NCBI GenBank assembly: GCA_963815195.1
Contig: CAWFGE010000018.1
Coordinates: forward strand, 64,001-128,000
DNA: 64,000 nt
Origin: an uncultured Planctomycetaceae bacterium
Lineage (GTDB): Bacteria; Planctomycetota; Planctomycetia; Planctomycetales; Planctomycetaceae
Direction of reading: 5' to 3'
Below the pieces are notes generated by a model, which was not told the DNA's origin, made no database searches, and saw nothing but the letters and a program-made list of their open reading frames with translations. The first letter of the stretch is position 1, and each line of letters opens with the position of its first letter. Below are positions 43,101-53,176 of this stretch, one piece after another. The position numbers and the translations under genes were made by a program.

Positions 43101-45112
43101 AGGCCGATGCTGCCCGTTCCCGGTCCCACGCGGTGCTCTTCGTTCTTCACCTGCCGAATGCCGCCGGCGTGCTTCTTCTGGACGATCGGCCGCAGCGATT
43201 GCAGCATGTCCTGGAGGGACTGGGCCCGGTAGGGATCGAGCTTCTGCCCCGAGTTGTAACACTTGAGGAAGGCGTCGTAAGCGGTCTCGTAGTCGCCGTC
43301 CTTGAAGTGCTTGAGGCCCTGGTCGAATAGCTCCTTGGCCGTCACGCCGGACGACTGCACCACTCCGGTTTCCGAGTCCGGCGGGGCGGGGGCTGTTTTG
43401 GCAATGTCAAATCGGCCCGGTTCTTCCACCGGCAACGGCGGTTGGGCGGAGGGGCGCGGCTCGCTCGTTCCCGGCGCGGGAAGAGTCGGAAGCTTCGCCA
43501 CCGGTTGCTGCGTTTTCGGTTGAGGCGCGATGGCGGGACGCGGCGCGGCCGGGTGTTCCGGTTTTACCTCCGTCTCGGGAGGAAGCAGATTGGCGATCGG
43601 CTTTTCTTCCGGGAAGCCGGGGGCTTGGATCGTGGGAGCCCGCGGCGCTTCGGGAGCCGCCGGTTGCGTCTTGGCGACCGGCGGGAATCCGGGGAAGCTC
43701 GGAGCCGGTTCCGGCTCGGCGGGCGCCGGCCGCTTATATTGCTCCAACAGAGCCGCCACCGATTGGGGCTTGTCGTCGAAGAGGTCGTATTTGGCGTTCA
43801 GGCTCTTGGCTTCTTGGATTTTGTGTTCGGCGGCGTCGAACCGGGCGGCGCGAATGTCGGCCCGCGCTTCGTTCAACAGCTTCTGAGCTTTATCGTGTTT
43901 GGCGATCTCGGCGGGATCGGGCGGAGCCGGCATCGTCCGCGGACGGATGACGGGAGCCTGCTGCTGCGCCACCGTCTGGGCTTGGGACTCGATGCGATTG
44001 ATGTCCTTCAAGACCAGCTCGGGCGTCTCGTCAAACACGAGATAAACCACGTCCAACTGCTCGGCTTGTTTGATCTTGTCGCGCGCCGATTGAAACCGTC
44101 CCGCATGGGCTTCCTGGCGGGCATCGGCCATCAACTGTTGGGCTTGGGCTTTCTTCCGGTCGTTTTGATTCTTGGGAGCCGGCGGAGCCTCTGGCGGCTG
44201 CCGACCGGCGGCCGCAAACGGATTGCCCATGGGCGCTTTGGGATTCGTGCCGGGCTGGGAATTGCCCGCGGCGAACGGATTTTGCACCGGGGCCTTGGGA
44301 TTGGCGTTGTTGGGAGACCCGGCCGAGGCGAAGGGATTGCCGATTTCGTTTCGGGGCGTGATCGTCGTCGTATTGGATTTCCGCTCGATGTCGGCGAGCA
44401 TTTGCTGGGGGGTTTCTTCAAACAATCCCCAGGCGGCCTTGAGCTTGCTGGCTTCGAGGGCGATGGCGCGGGCCTCGTCGATTCGCCCGGCGTTGAGCGC
44501 CGCGCGAGCCTGGCGGAGAAGCCCCTGGGCTTGCCGCTTCGCCGGGGAATCGGAACCCGGCAGCGTGGGCACCGGACGCGCGGGGCGCTGTTGGAGGGCA
44601 TTCGCCTGTTGGAGGGCATTCGCCTGTTGGGACGCGTCAAAGTCCGGGCCGGCCGCGAGATCCGGAGCGGCATCCTGGTCCGGGGCGAACGGATTGCCGA
44701 GCGCCGCCGGCACGCCGCGCTTGGGAATCGGGCGGCCTTGGACGCGAGCGATGAACTCCGCCGGCCATTCCGCGTTCGGGTTGAGCGGGATGTGCGCCGC
44801 TTGCACCAGGGCGTTTGCCGAGTTCGCAAACCGCAGCGCCGCGTTCATGTTGCCCCGCCGTTCCATCTCGGCGGCTTTTTGCATGAAGTCGTTGACCCGC
44901 GCTCGCTGCGCCGCCTGGAGGCGGTCGTTCTCCGCCGAAGGCGGCCCCCCGAATCCCGGCGGTCCTCCCGCGTTCGATTCCGGTTCGGTTTGAGCCAATA
45001 TGGCTTGAGTGGTTTGCTGGGAACTGGCCCACCAAACCGAAGCAGCGACCACGGTCGCACAAGCGAACAATCCGATTGTCTTGCCCAACGGTAGGTTCCT
45101 CCTACAGGCCAT
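40147..45112 (-). CDS. Giant secretin (T2SS GspD/PilQ-like), frameshift near 41260
   Basis: STN-like [11 protein letters not shown]-domain [28 protein letters not shown]-terminal [39 protein letters not shown]. Confidence 0.85.
40461..40725 (-). repeat. Coding tandem repeats (~27-nt unit, GGGGFGGGQ)
   Basis: Repeated GCCGCCGCCTTGACCGCCGCCGAAGCC units inside the secretin gene. Confidence 0.8.
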
Positions 45113-45640
45113 AAGACGCAGTGCTGACTTCAACGTCCATGTTGCGTCGTCATAAAATCCAAAACGTTCCGCCTAAAATCATCCGGGATTTCGTCGCGTC
45201 GAACACAAAGGAGCATGACACGCCAGGAAACGAGGCGAATCCCAAACGACCCCGTGCCGCGTGGAAGACCCGCCGAATTGTGATTTGAAGGGTGAGATCA
45301 CGAGACACGTAAGGTGTGCATCGAGAAAGGCGGGGGATAGATAACGAAACCCCGAAAGCGGGTCAAGACGGCTCTCGGTAAATTGAACAATTCTCTTGCA
45401 ATTTTCACCTGATTCCGAGGCAAGACGCCGAAGCTCCGAGGCCGGGGCAAAACACGGGGCAAGAGGAGAACGAGGCAAAAGGGATAAGCCAGAGCAAAAA
45501 AGCGAGCAGCCCGAAGCCACCGGCCGCCCGCCATTTTATCCCCCTTGCCCGGATGCTCGCGAATTCGCCCCGACAATTTGAAGCGTGGAGGATTCGTTGG
45601 AACCGTTGGCCCCAAGGGTCCGCCGGGGTTCACTCGTCGA

Positions 45641-45674
45641 AAACCGGGGCTAGCGCGGCTAGCGCCCTGCGGCC
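45641..45674 (-). repeat. REP family A half copy with 9-bp tandem duplication
   Basis: AAACCGG-GGCTAGCGC-GGCTAGCGC-CCTGCGGC. Confidence 0.65.
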
Positions 45675-45697
45675 AATCTCTCAACCAAGCTCGAGTC

Positions 45698-46126
45698 CTA
45701 AGACGGCACGAAGTGGATGCGGGCCTGGCAGTGTTTGCACGCGACTTTTTGCCCCATGTATTTCTGGGACACGCGGAGTTCCTCGCCGCATTCCGGGCAA
45801 TCGGCGTAAAACGCCTGCACCGTGAGGTGCGGGCTGTCGAGAATCAGATCGTATTGGGCCCGGCAGATTTTGCAGCTCACGCGGAGACCCGCATATTTGC
45901 GGTTCACGCGCAGCTCTTGCGAGCAATGCGGGCACTCGACGTAAAACCCTTTGGCTTTGACATCGACCATGCTGTTGATCTCCTCCAAAGGGATAAATTC
46001 GGGAACCGCCACACTGTCGACCTGGAGCTCCTCATTCAAAAGAGCGCGGCAGGATTGGCAATGGATGAGATTCTCCGGCATGTATTCGCCGCACTTCGGA
46101 CACGGTCCGCCGGGCCAAGCTGGCAT
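45698..46126 (-). CDS. Multi-zinc-ribbon protein
   Basis: Six CxxC pairs (CPKC, CQSC, CPHC, CKIC, CPEC, CKHC) with an internal repeat. Confidence 0.75.
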   Translation of the reverse strand: MPAWPGGPCPKCGEYMPENLIHCQSCRALLNEELQVDSVAVPEFIPLEEINSMVDVKAKGFYVECPHCSQELRVNRKYAGLRVSCKICRAQYDLILDSPHLTVQAFYADCPECGEELRVSQKYMGQKVACKHCQARIHFVPS

Positions 46127-46607
46127 AACGCAGCCGCCTCCCCTTCCAAGAGGTTCTGTGTTCGAGGTTTCCGGATTTTCCACCCCGGCCCAGAGGGAAA
46201 GACTAACAACGTCAAGTCGCCGTTGTTTGACGGCCAACTTCAGAGGAGATCGTAAAAAAGCGAGACGAAACACCAATCCCGCTGCTCCTTTTACCTTCTC
46301 AAACCGGACGGCCTCTGTCCAGACTTCCGCCGCGAGAATTCCCGCGCCGCGGACTTTTCCCGGGCAATCAGGTCGGCTGGATCCGGTCGCGCGCGGCCAT
46401 TAGCTCTGTATCACGTCGACGGTTTGCGCGGGGCGGACGATGGGGCCAGAGATTGTCCGCCGTGTTCCAAGACGGAAACCAGAACGCCGGCTTGCCCTTG
46501 TCTCGCAGCTTCCTTCGCGAAGCGAACCGCATCCGCAAGGTGGCATCGTCCCGCCGTGGGCACGGTATCCACCTACGCTAAAAACCAAAGACATTGACTC
46601 GAACAAG

Positions 46608-47474
46608 TCATCCCCTCTGCTTCTCCGCCGCGATCCCCGCGTAGGGATACTTGGAAACGGCCTCCCAGGCGATCTTTTGCAGGATCGCTTGTTGCGCTTC
46701 GGTCAGGTTGGGCTGCGGCGTTTTCAGGCCTTCGGGATTTCTGCGGTAGATCGCGGCGAAATTGCAATAGCTTGCCAAAGCCTGGATGTGCTGGTTGCCG
46801 TGCCCGATCGGGTCGCGAAACAACTCCGACTGCGTTTTCACGCCGGGGAATTTCCCGTCCACGACGAGCTTCCGCAGTTTGACCACCGCATCGCCCACCG
46901 GCACGATGAACACCGCCCGGCGGCCGTGCTGTTTGTTGAGTTCATCCGCCTGGGCTTCCAATCGTTTGCGCCATTCATCGACCGCCGCCTGCAAATCTTC
47001 AATCTTCATCTCGTCCCGCTGGCTGTTCTCGCGGATGCGTTGGCCCGCATCGGGAACATCGAAGGGATACCAAGACGCTTGCACCAGCAACCGCAACGTC
47101 GGGTGATGCTCCAAACCGAGTTCTGTGAATTTGGCGATGCCGGGATCGGGAACCGTCAAATGGGCGGCCATCGTGAATACGTCCACGTTGCCTGTCTTGA
47201 GCGCGGCTTTGGCTTTGTTCTTCTCGTCCGCCAAATCCCAATGCTGGATCACGCGCGAACCGCCGATGCCCTGCGTTCCCACCAACTGATGGTTTTCGAT
47301 GCCCGCCGCTTTCACCAATTGCTCGACCTGCCGGGGCACGAACATGTGAAAGCTATGCCCCGTGTAGAACACCCGCTGCCCGCCCAAGGGCACGGCGTTC
47401 TCCTCCGCGCGAAGCGGCTGATGAAAGGCGGTCAAACAGACCCAAGCCAAAAGGCAGACCGCGAATCGCGGCAT
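46608..47474 (-). CDS. Exported hypothetical protein, SGNH-like fold
   Basis: Signal peptide; VFYTGHSF, VPVGDA, LFRD.IGH. Confidence 0.65.
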   Translation of the reverse strand: MPRFAVCLLAWVCLTAFHQPLRAEENAVPLGGQRVFYTGHSFHMFVPRQVEQLVKAAGIENHQLVGTQGIGGSRVIQHWDLADEKNKAKAALKTGNVDVFTMAAHLTVPDPGIAKFTELGLEHHPTLRLLVQASWYPFDVPDAGQRIRENSQRDEMKIEDLQAAVDEWRKRLEAQADELNKQHGRRAVFIVPVGDAVVKLRKLVVDGKFPGVKTQSELFRDPIGHGNQHIQALASYCNFAAIYRRNPEGLKTPQPNLTEAQQAILQKIAWEAVSKYPYAGIAAEKQRG

Positions 47475-47722
47475 GCGAAGATTCAACAGCATGATCGGCT
47501 CCAGAAAAGCAAGGCGGAAAACTGCGACGCCGCACGACGCCACTAACATACCAAGCCCCCCGGCAAACCGCACGCGCCGTTCGTATTGGCGCAGGGAAAA
47601 CAGAACTCTCAAAATTCGAAATCGGCCGCCGATCTCGAAAACGCCGATTCCTGGATTCATCGACTCCCCAACCATCTGACGCTGCCCTATAATCAACGGG
47701 CACGTTTTGTTGGAGTTTGGCG

Positions 47723-48469
47723 ATGCCGATGCATGATTGGACCCGAGTCGAACCGGGAATTTTTCACGCGTTTCATCACGAGTGGATTTCCGAAATCTCG
47801 AAGGCGTTGAATCAGGAATTGCTGCCGGACGACTATTACGCTCTGCCGGAGCAGGTCGCCGCCGGGTTCGGACCGGATGTGCTCACGCTTCAAGAAGAAC
47901 CGCCCGATGCCGTGCCGAATGCCCAAGACACCGGCGATGCGCGGTCGGCGACCGGACTGCAAACGCGTCCGCAGACGACTTTCACGGCCGAGACCGACGC
48001 GGAATTCTACCGCCGAAAGAAAAGCTCGATCGTCGTTCGCCACGTCAGCGGCGACCGGATTGTCGCGCTGCTCGAGATTATCTCGCCCGGCAACAAGTCC
48101 AACCGGCATGCGCTTCGGGCTTTTGTGGAAAAGGCCTGTGAACTCCTGGAGCATCGCATTCATCTGCTCATCGTGGATCCCTTTCCTCCCGGCCCGCGCG
48201 ATCCCAACGGCATTCATGCCGCGATTTGGGAAGAGGTCGAAGACGACGCGTTTCACCTCCCGGAGGGCCGCCCGCTGACGTTGGTGGCCTACGAGTGCGA
48301 ACTGACCACAAGGGCCTTCATCGAAACTATCGCCGTCGGCCAACCCCTGCCCGACATGCCGCTGTTTCTCAAACCCAACGGCTGCGTGATGATCCCGCTG
48401 GAAACCGCCTACCAAGCCGCCTTCGCCGTCCTTCCCAAACGCTGGCGAACAGTCCTCGAAACCGCCTAG
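47723..48469 (+). CDS. DUF4058 family protein
   Basis: MPMHDW..FHAFH, PDV, EIISPGNK, HLLIVD, LP.MPLFL, PLETAY. Confidence 0.8.
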   Translation: MPMHDWTRVEPGIFHAFHHEWISEISKALNQELLPDDYYALPEQVAAGFGPDVLTLQEEPPDAVPNAQDTGDARSATGLQTRPQTTFTAETDAEFYRRKKSSIVVRHVSGDRIVALLEIISPGNKSNRHALRAFVEKACELLEHRIHLLIVDPFPPGPRDPNGIHAAIWEEVEDDAFHLPEGRPLTLVAYECELTTRAFIETIAVGQPLPDMPLFLKPNGCVMIPLETAYQAAFAVLPKRWRTVLETA

Positions 48470-48503
48470 TGCTCCGTCAGAGCATGAATCTCGGATTGAA
48501 AAT

Positions 48504-48567
48504 AGCCGCAGGGCGCTCGCCCCGGTTTTCGCCGAGCAAACCGGACGCTAGCTAGCGCGTTCCGGCC
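48504..48567 (+). repeat. REP family A copy
   Basis: AGCCGCAGGGCGCTCGCCCCGGTTT...AAACCGGACGCTAGCTAGCGCGTTCCGGC. Confidence 0.75.
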
Positions 48568-49001
48568 GATCCGAATTCTTAGCATTGGCGAGCCGACGAT
48601 CACAGGCCCTGGGACGAAGACCCAGGGGAACGATTCATGCGGGAGAGCGAAGTCCGCTCGGCCCGGTTCGGGGAACTCCTGGAAACGCTGATGGACCATC
48701 CCGACCCCGATGAAATCACCCGCCGGGAGATGGACGGGGAGCGTGACGACGAAATCGAACTGGAGGATGAACCCGAGCGGAAGGCGGAAACGATCGAGGC
48801 GATGAACGAACCGCTGAGCGAAGAGGAGCTGAAGACAGCCGGCCCTATCACGGCTGGTGCAAGATCTCGACAGCCAGCCGCAATGGGCCGACTGCGAGTT
48901 TCACATCGCCGGCCCGAAAAACGAAGCCGCATCAGTCGCGGTTTCCACGATTTGACGCGGCGCGTCTTCGAACCGCGACGGAAAATTGAAGCGGCTTTCT
49001 A

Positions 49002-49052
49002 TTGACGACATTCGTCGTTGTCCGTAAACTGAAAAACGACATGTGTCGTTTT
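49002..49052 (+). promoter_or_regulatory. Sigma-70 promoter overlapped by two palindromic operators
   Basis: TTGACG(49002)-N17-TAAACT(49025); ACGAC-N4-GTCGT at 49005-49018 and 49036-49049. Confidence 0.8.
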
Positions 49053-49070
49053 CTGGTGGGAGGAAAGTTT

Positions 49071-49487
49071 ATGGGCAAGCCGGAAGGCCGGTTGACGCCG
49101 GCGCAGCATGAGATCATGGACCTCGTCTGGCAAGCGGAATCGGCGGGGGCCACGGTGACGGAGATCTGGACCGCGATCGCGGAAAGCCGGGATGTCACGC
49201 GGACCACCGTGCTCAATCTCGTCGACCGCTTGGAAAAGCGCGGCTGGCTCAAGCGGCGGAAGCGGAAAGGCGCATTCCACTACTTCGCCGCCGTGCCAAG
49301 AGATGCCGCCGCGCGGGAGTTGGCCCGGGAGTTTGTGGACGATTTCTTCGGGGGCTCGGCGGGCGATCTGGTGATGAGCCTTCTGGGATCGAAACGCCTG
49401 CGGAAAGAGGATGTCCTCAAGCTTCGCCAAAAACTCGACGCCCTGCTCGCCGAAAACGGATTATCCGACGAAGACCGGCCGAAATAA
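49071..49487 (+). CDS. BlaI/MecI/CopY family repressor
   Basis: LTPAQHEIMDLVW, TTVL.LVDRLEKRG.L, FVDDFFGGS. Confidence 0.92.
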   Translation: MGKPEGRLTPAQHEIMDLVWQAESAGATVTEIWTAIAESRDVTRTTVLNLVDRLEKRGWLKRRKRKGAFHYFAAVPRDAAARELAREFVDDFFGGSAGDLVMSLLGSKRLRKEDVLKLRQKLDALLAENGLSDEDRPK

Positions 49488-49539
49488 TCGGCGACGCTTT
49501 TCATCACGAACCTTTCTTCTCCCGTTCCGGGACGTTTTG

Positions 49540-52500
49540 ATGTCGGCGCATTTGCTGGACCTGTCTCAATCGCTGCTAATCATTGATGCCGTCCTCGCGG
49601 CATTGTTGATCTGCGGCCTGGGATTGGGAACCCAAAGGCTCCTCAAACGCGGCTCCGCCCCGCTCCGGCATGGCGTGCTCCTCGCCGCGGTGGTGCTCAC
49701 TTTGCTTTCGCCGGGATTGGTGATTTCGCTCGCGCATCTCCGCGGCGGTTGGTTTTCGGTGAAGGAGGTTTCGACTTCCAGCCCGCTACCTGAATCCAAA
49801 CCGGCATTGACGAAAGACCCCATCGTTCGAAATCCCACCGAACCGCAACCGCCCTCGATTGAGGAAAACATTACAGCGCAGTCATCGCCATCGCCAAAGC
49901 CATCTCCAAACAAATCAAAGGTTCGACGCTTGGCTCCATCGCCCGCATCGCAAACGACACACTCCGCACCCGCCCCAATTCGCGAGAGCAACGAACCTTC
50001 CATCACGCCCGGCGGGGAATCTCCCAAACTCGCGAGACGGAAGCGGCCGCGGTTATCCGAGGAACCTGAAACGTCCGCGTCGCCCAAAACCGAGGCACGG
50101 CACGAATTCGCATCGCGTCAGAACCCCGAGACTTCCGAGGAATCCCGGTCGTTTCTTTCGCTGTCTGTCACGGCTGTTGTGCTGGTTTGGATGGCGGGGA
50201 CGGGCGTTTGCTTCTTGCGGAGTCTTCGCAGTTGGTGGCTGATCGGGCGGTTGTTTCGTTCGCGAACTTTGGTGAAGGATCCGCGCGTAAAGCGGTCGGC
50301 TGCGTCGGCGGCTCGTGTCTTGAAACACGGTTCGCCGTTGCGGGTTTACACATCGCCTCTGGCTCCGGTTCCGTTGTCGCTCGGCTGGTGGTCGAACTCG
50401 ATCGTGTTGCCGGTCGGTCTTGCGGACGAATTGAGCGATCGGCAGTTGGAAGACATCTTCGTGCACGAAGCCGCGCATCTGGTCCGCCGGGATGCGTGGA
50501 TTGCCGTGCTGCAACAGTTGGCGGCCTCGCTCTTCTGGTGGAACATATTCTTGATCCTCATCAACCGCCGCCTGGGACGATTGCGGGAAGAAATCTGCGA
50601 CGATTACGTCCTGGCTGAAGGGGGCAGCGGCCGGCGGTTTGCGGAAACGTTGGTCCGCGTGGCCGAGTGGTCCGTGAACCGCCCGCCGCTTCCCGCGGGC
50701 GGCACTTCGCTGCTCTCGAACATCGACGAACTCGCCGAACGGCTGACACATCTCACAAAAGGAATCCCTCCCATGTCCCTTCGATTGACTTTAAAATCTC
50801 GCCTCCTGCTCTTGGCGTCGGCGACGACGATCGGCCTCGCCTGCTGCCTCCCGCTCGTTAAAGCCGACGATCCGCCTAAGGCCGATGCGGACAATCCCAC
50901 TTTTGCTCAAGAGACTTCGGAAGCCGCGAAAGAAAAGCAAGCAGAAGCCGAGCGGCAAAAGGCGATTGAAGAACAACAGCGGCAGCGGTATTTGGAATTT
51001 CGCAGAGCCAGCGCAGCCCAAGGGCGAAAACTGGAGCAGCAAATCCGCGAGAGGGATTTGGAGCATCTCCGCCTCATTCAAAATCGCCTGCTGGATTTGA
51101 TGGTGCGCGACGGGTCGCCGGGGGAACGGCTATTTGGTGCATTTGGAAGTTTTCAGAGCTGGCCCAAAACTCATGTGGTGGATTCCAATGTGCTGCGCGC
51201 CTTCGCGGAACTCCGGACGCTAACTCCCGGGGACTTCGGCCCGGACACCAAAGCGATCACGCCGGAGAAAGTGGCGGAGTTGGTCAAGAAAGCCGATGGC
51301 AAGTTGTTGGACAGATTTCGCAAGGCCGAGACGGCCTACCGTGAGTTGTCGAAACAGCCCAGCCCGTTGGATTGGTCGCCCAACGCGGACCAGTGGTATC
51401 AATTCGCCGCCGACTTTCTCGCGGAGGGGACCGACGAAGAACTGGCGAACCGCTGGAAGCAACAAATCAAAGCCCACCCGGAGTCGGTGGATTTAATCAC
51501 CTTGGCGTATCTGGATCAAATTCAGGGCCGCCAACCGAAGTTTGTGGACAAACCGATTCTGGAAAGTTTTTGTTCCAAAGATTCCCTGACGCCGACCGAG
51601 CGGTTCACGCGGCTCGTCTTGGTCCTGGCCGCGTGGGACAAGGCCGGCTTGCCTCGCGATGACAAATTTCGCGAATCGCTGTGGACGCAGTCGTTGGATT
51701 TGCTTCGCAAGAAAGAAATCCGCCTGTCTCGGCATGACCAGAACCTCCGCGTGATCGCCCGCGTCTTCGCCGACTTCTGGCAGGGATTGAAGGCCGAGGA
51801 ACACACGGCGTTCGTCAATGCCATGTTAATCGATCAATCCGCTTTTACGATCCAAGCCCTGGCGGGATTGGCGGGGATCGATCCGGCGACGCAGCGGCGG
51901 TGGTTTCTCGCCCGGCCCGTCCGCGGAGACTTTCAGCAGACGCCGTTTCTTGACGCCTTGGATTTCATCAAAGACGCCTCGCATGCGACGATCTGGCAGG
52001 ATCCCGCCGTCGCGAACTGGGACAAGAAATTCACGATGAACATCGAAGGCACGTGGTTCGAGACGCTCGGGCAACTGCTTGCCAAGACGCCTTTCGAGGC
52101 GGCGCTCTTGGACGATGGCATCGTGTGGATCGGCCCGCCCGCGAAACGCGAAGCCTCGGCCCGGCGGCTGCGGGAGATCAAGGGCTTGATTCCCGATCGC
52201 CCGGAACTTCAAAACTCCGTCGAGATCGAGTTCATCGAAACGCCGGTCAAAGATGCCTTCGAATTTCTCTCCGATGCCAATGATATTCCCATTTATTATC
52301 TTGGCGAACAGGACATTCCGATCAACCTCATCGCCGACGCCAACCTGCCGTTGTATCTCGTGATTGAGATGGTCACCGAAATCGCCGGGGCTCGCTGGGA
52401 TGTGTTGGGGAACGCGGTGGTCGTCGCGCAAGCCAAAGAATTCCCCCTTTGGCAAAAAGCCATCGCCGACTACCGCCGGCAGCAGATCACGATCACGCGG

Positions 52501-53103
52501 TTGCATCTCGCCGGCAATCCGCTGGTTGAGAAATTCGAAGGGCGGGTCGACGTGGAATTTATCGACACACCCGTCAAGGATGCGTTGGATTTTATGGCGG
52601 ATGCGACTGGCGCGTCGATTGTCTATCTGGGCAACTCGCCGAACGCTCCGGTTCGATTTATATCGAGTAGCCACTTTCTCCCCGCAGCATTAACCTTGAT
52701 GCTCGCCCCGCTGGATTTGTCTTGGGACACCGATGGGCACATGATCGTCGTCAGCGACCGCGAAACGCTTTCGCGGTTTCGGGAATTGACGGCGCGCGGC
52801 GATGAGAAGAAAAGAACCGCGACGGCGGCGGTGCGGAAGGCTCTGGCGAAACCGGTTTCGACAATTCTCGCCAACAAGCCGCAGCAGGCGAAGGATCAGT
52901 TCGACGCCGTGCTGAAAATCCTCTCGCAGCAAACCGGCGTGACGATCGAAACGGCCCAGGGCGTGCGGCAAAACTGGACGCAGCAGATGCCCTGGATCAG
53001 CGATGTGCCCTTGGAAACGGTGCTCGATCTCTTCGCGGCCAGGGCGCAGGCCGACTGGAAAGTCACGACCGAGGGCCACATCCGCCTCGAACCGATCAAG
53101 TAG
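49540..53103 (+). CDS. BlaR1/MecR1-like M56 peptidase with large extracytoplasmic C-terminus (STN-like repeats)
   Basis: TM segments, HEAAH..RRD, WWN, REEICDD; repeats F..TP..DA..F. Confidence 0.85.
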   Translation: MSAHLLDLSQSLLIIDAVLAALLICGLGLGTQRLLKRGSAPLRHGVLLAAVVLTLLSPGLVISLAHLRGGWFSVKEVSTSSPLPESKPALTKDPIVRNPTEPQPPSIEENITAQSSPSPKPSPNKSKVRRLAPSPASQTTHSAPAPIRESNEPSITPGGESPKLARRKRPRLSEEPETSASPKTEARHEFASRQNPETSEESRSFLSLSVTAVVLVWMAGTGVCFLRSLRSWWLIGRLFRSRTLVKDPRVKRSAASAARVLKHGSPLRVYTSPLAPVPLSLGWWSNSIVLPVGLADELSDRQLEDIFVHEAAHLVRRDAWIAVLQQLAASLFWWNIFLILINRRLGRLREEICDDYVLAEGGSGRRFAETLVRVAEWSVNRPPLPAGGTSLLSNIDELAERLTHLTKGIPPMSLRLTLKSRLLLLASATTIGLACCLPLVKADDPPKADADNPTFAQETSEAAKEKQAEAERQKAIEEQQRQRYLEFRRASAAQGRKLEQQIRERDLEHLRLIQNRLLDLMVRDGSPGERLFGAFGSFQSWPKTHVVDSNVLRAFAELRTLTPGDFGPDTKAITPEKVAELVKKADGKLLDRFRKAETAYRELSKQPSPLDWSPNADQWYQFAADFLAEGTDEELANRWKQQIKAHPESVDLITLAYLDQIQGRQPKFVDKPILESFCSKDSLTPTERFTRLVLVLAAWDKAGLPRDDKFRESLWTQSLDLLRKKEIRLSRHDQNLRVIARVFADFWQGLKAEEHTAFVNAMLIDQSAFTIQALAGLAGIDPATQRRWFLARPVRGDFQQTPFLDALDFIKDASHATIWQDPAVANWDKKFTMNIEGTWFETLGQLLAKTPFEAALLDDGIVWIGPPAKREASARRLREIKGLIPDRPELQNSVEIEFIETPVKDAFEFLSDANDIPIYYLGEQDIPINLIADANLPLYLVIEMVTEIAGARWDVLGNAVVVAQAKEFPLWQKAIADYRRQQITITRLHLAGNPLVEKFEGRVDVEFIDTPVKDALDFMADATGASIVYLGNSPNAPVRFISSSHFLPAALTLMLAPLDLSWDTDGHMIVVSDRETLSRFRELTARGDEKKRTATAAVRKALAKPVSTILANKPQQAKDQFDAVLKILSQQTGVTIETAQGVRQNWTQQMPWISDVPLETVLDLFAARAQADWKVTTEGHIRLEPIK

Positions 53104-53176
53104 CGGTTTGCTGCGCGCGCCTGGGATCTTGTGATCGCTGCGCTCCGGGACGTGACAGCGAACCGCTGCCGGCGGC

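Noticed and set aside
48637..49005. 122-aa acidic ORF upstream of blaI
   Set aside because: No family signal, and the C-terminal half looks non-coding. At most it is a gene fragment.
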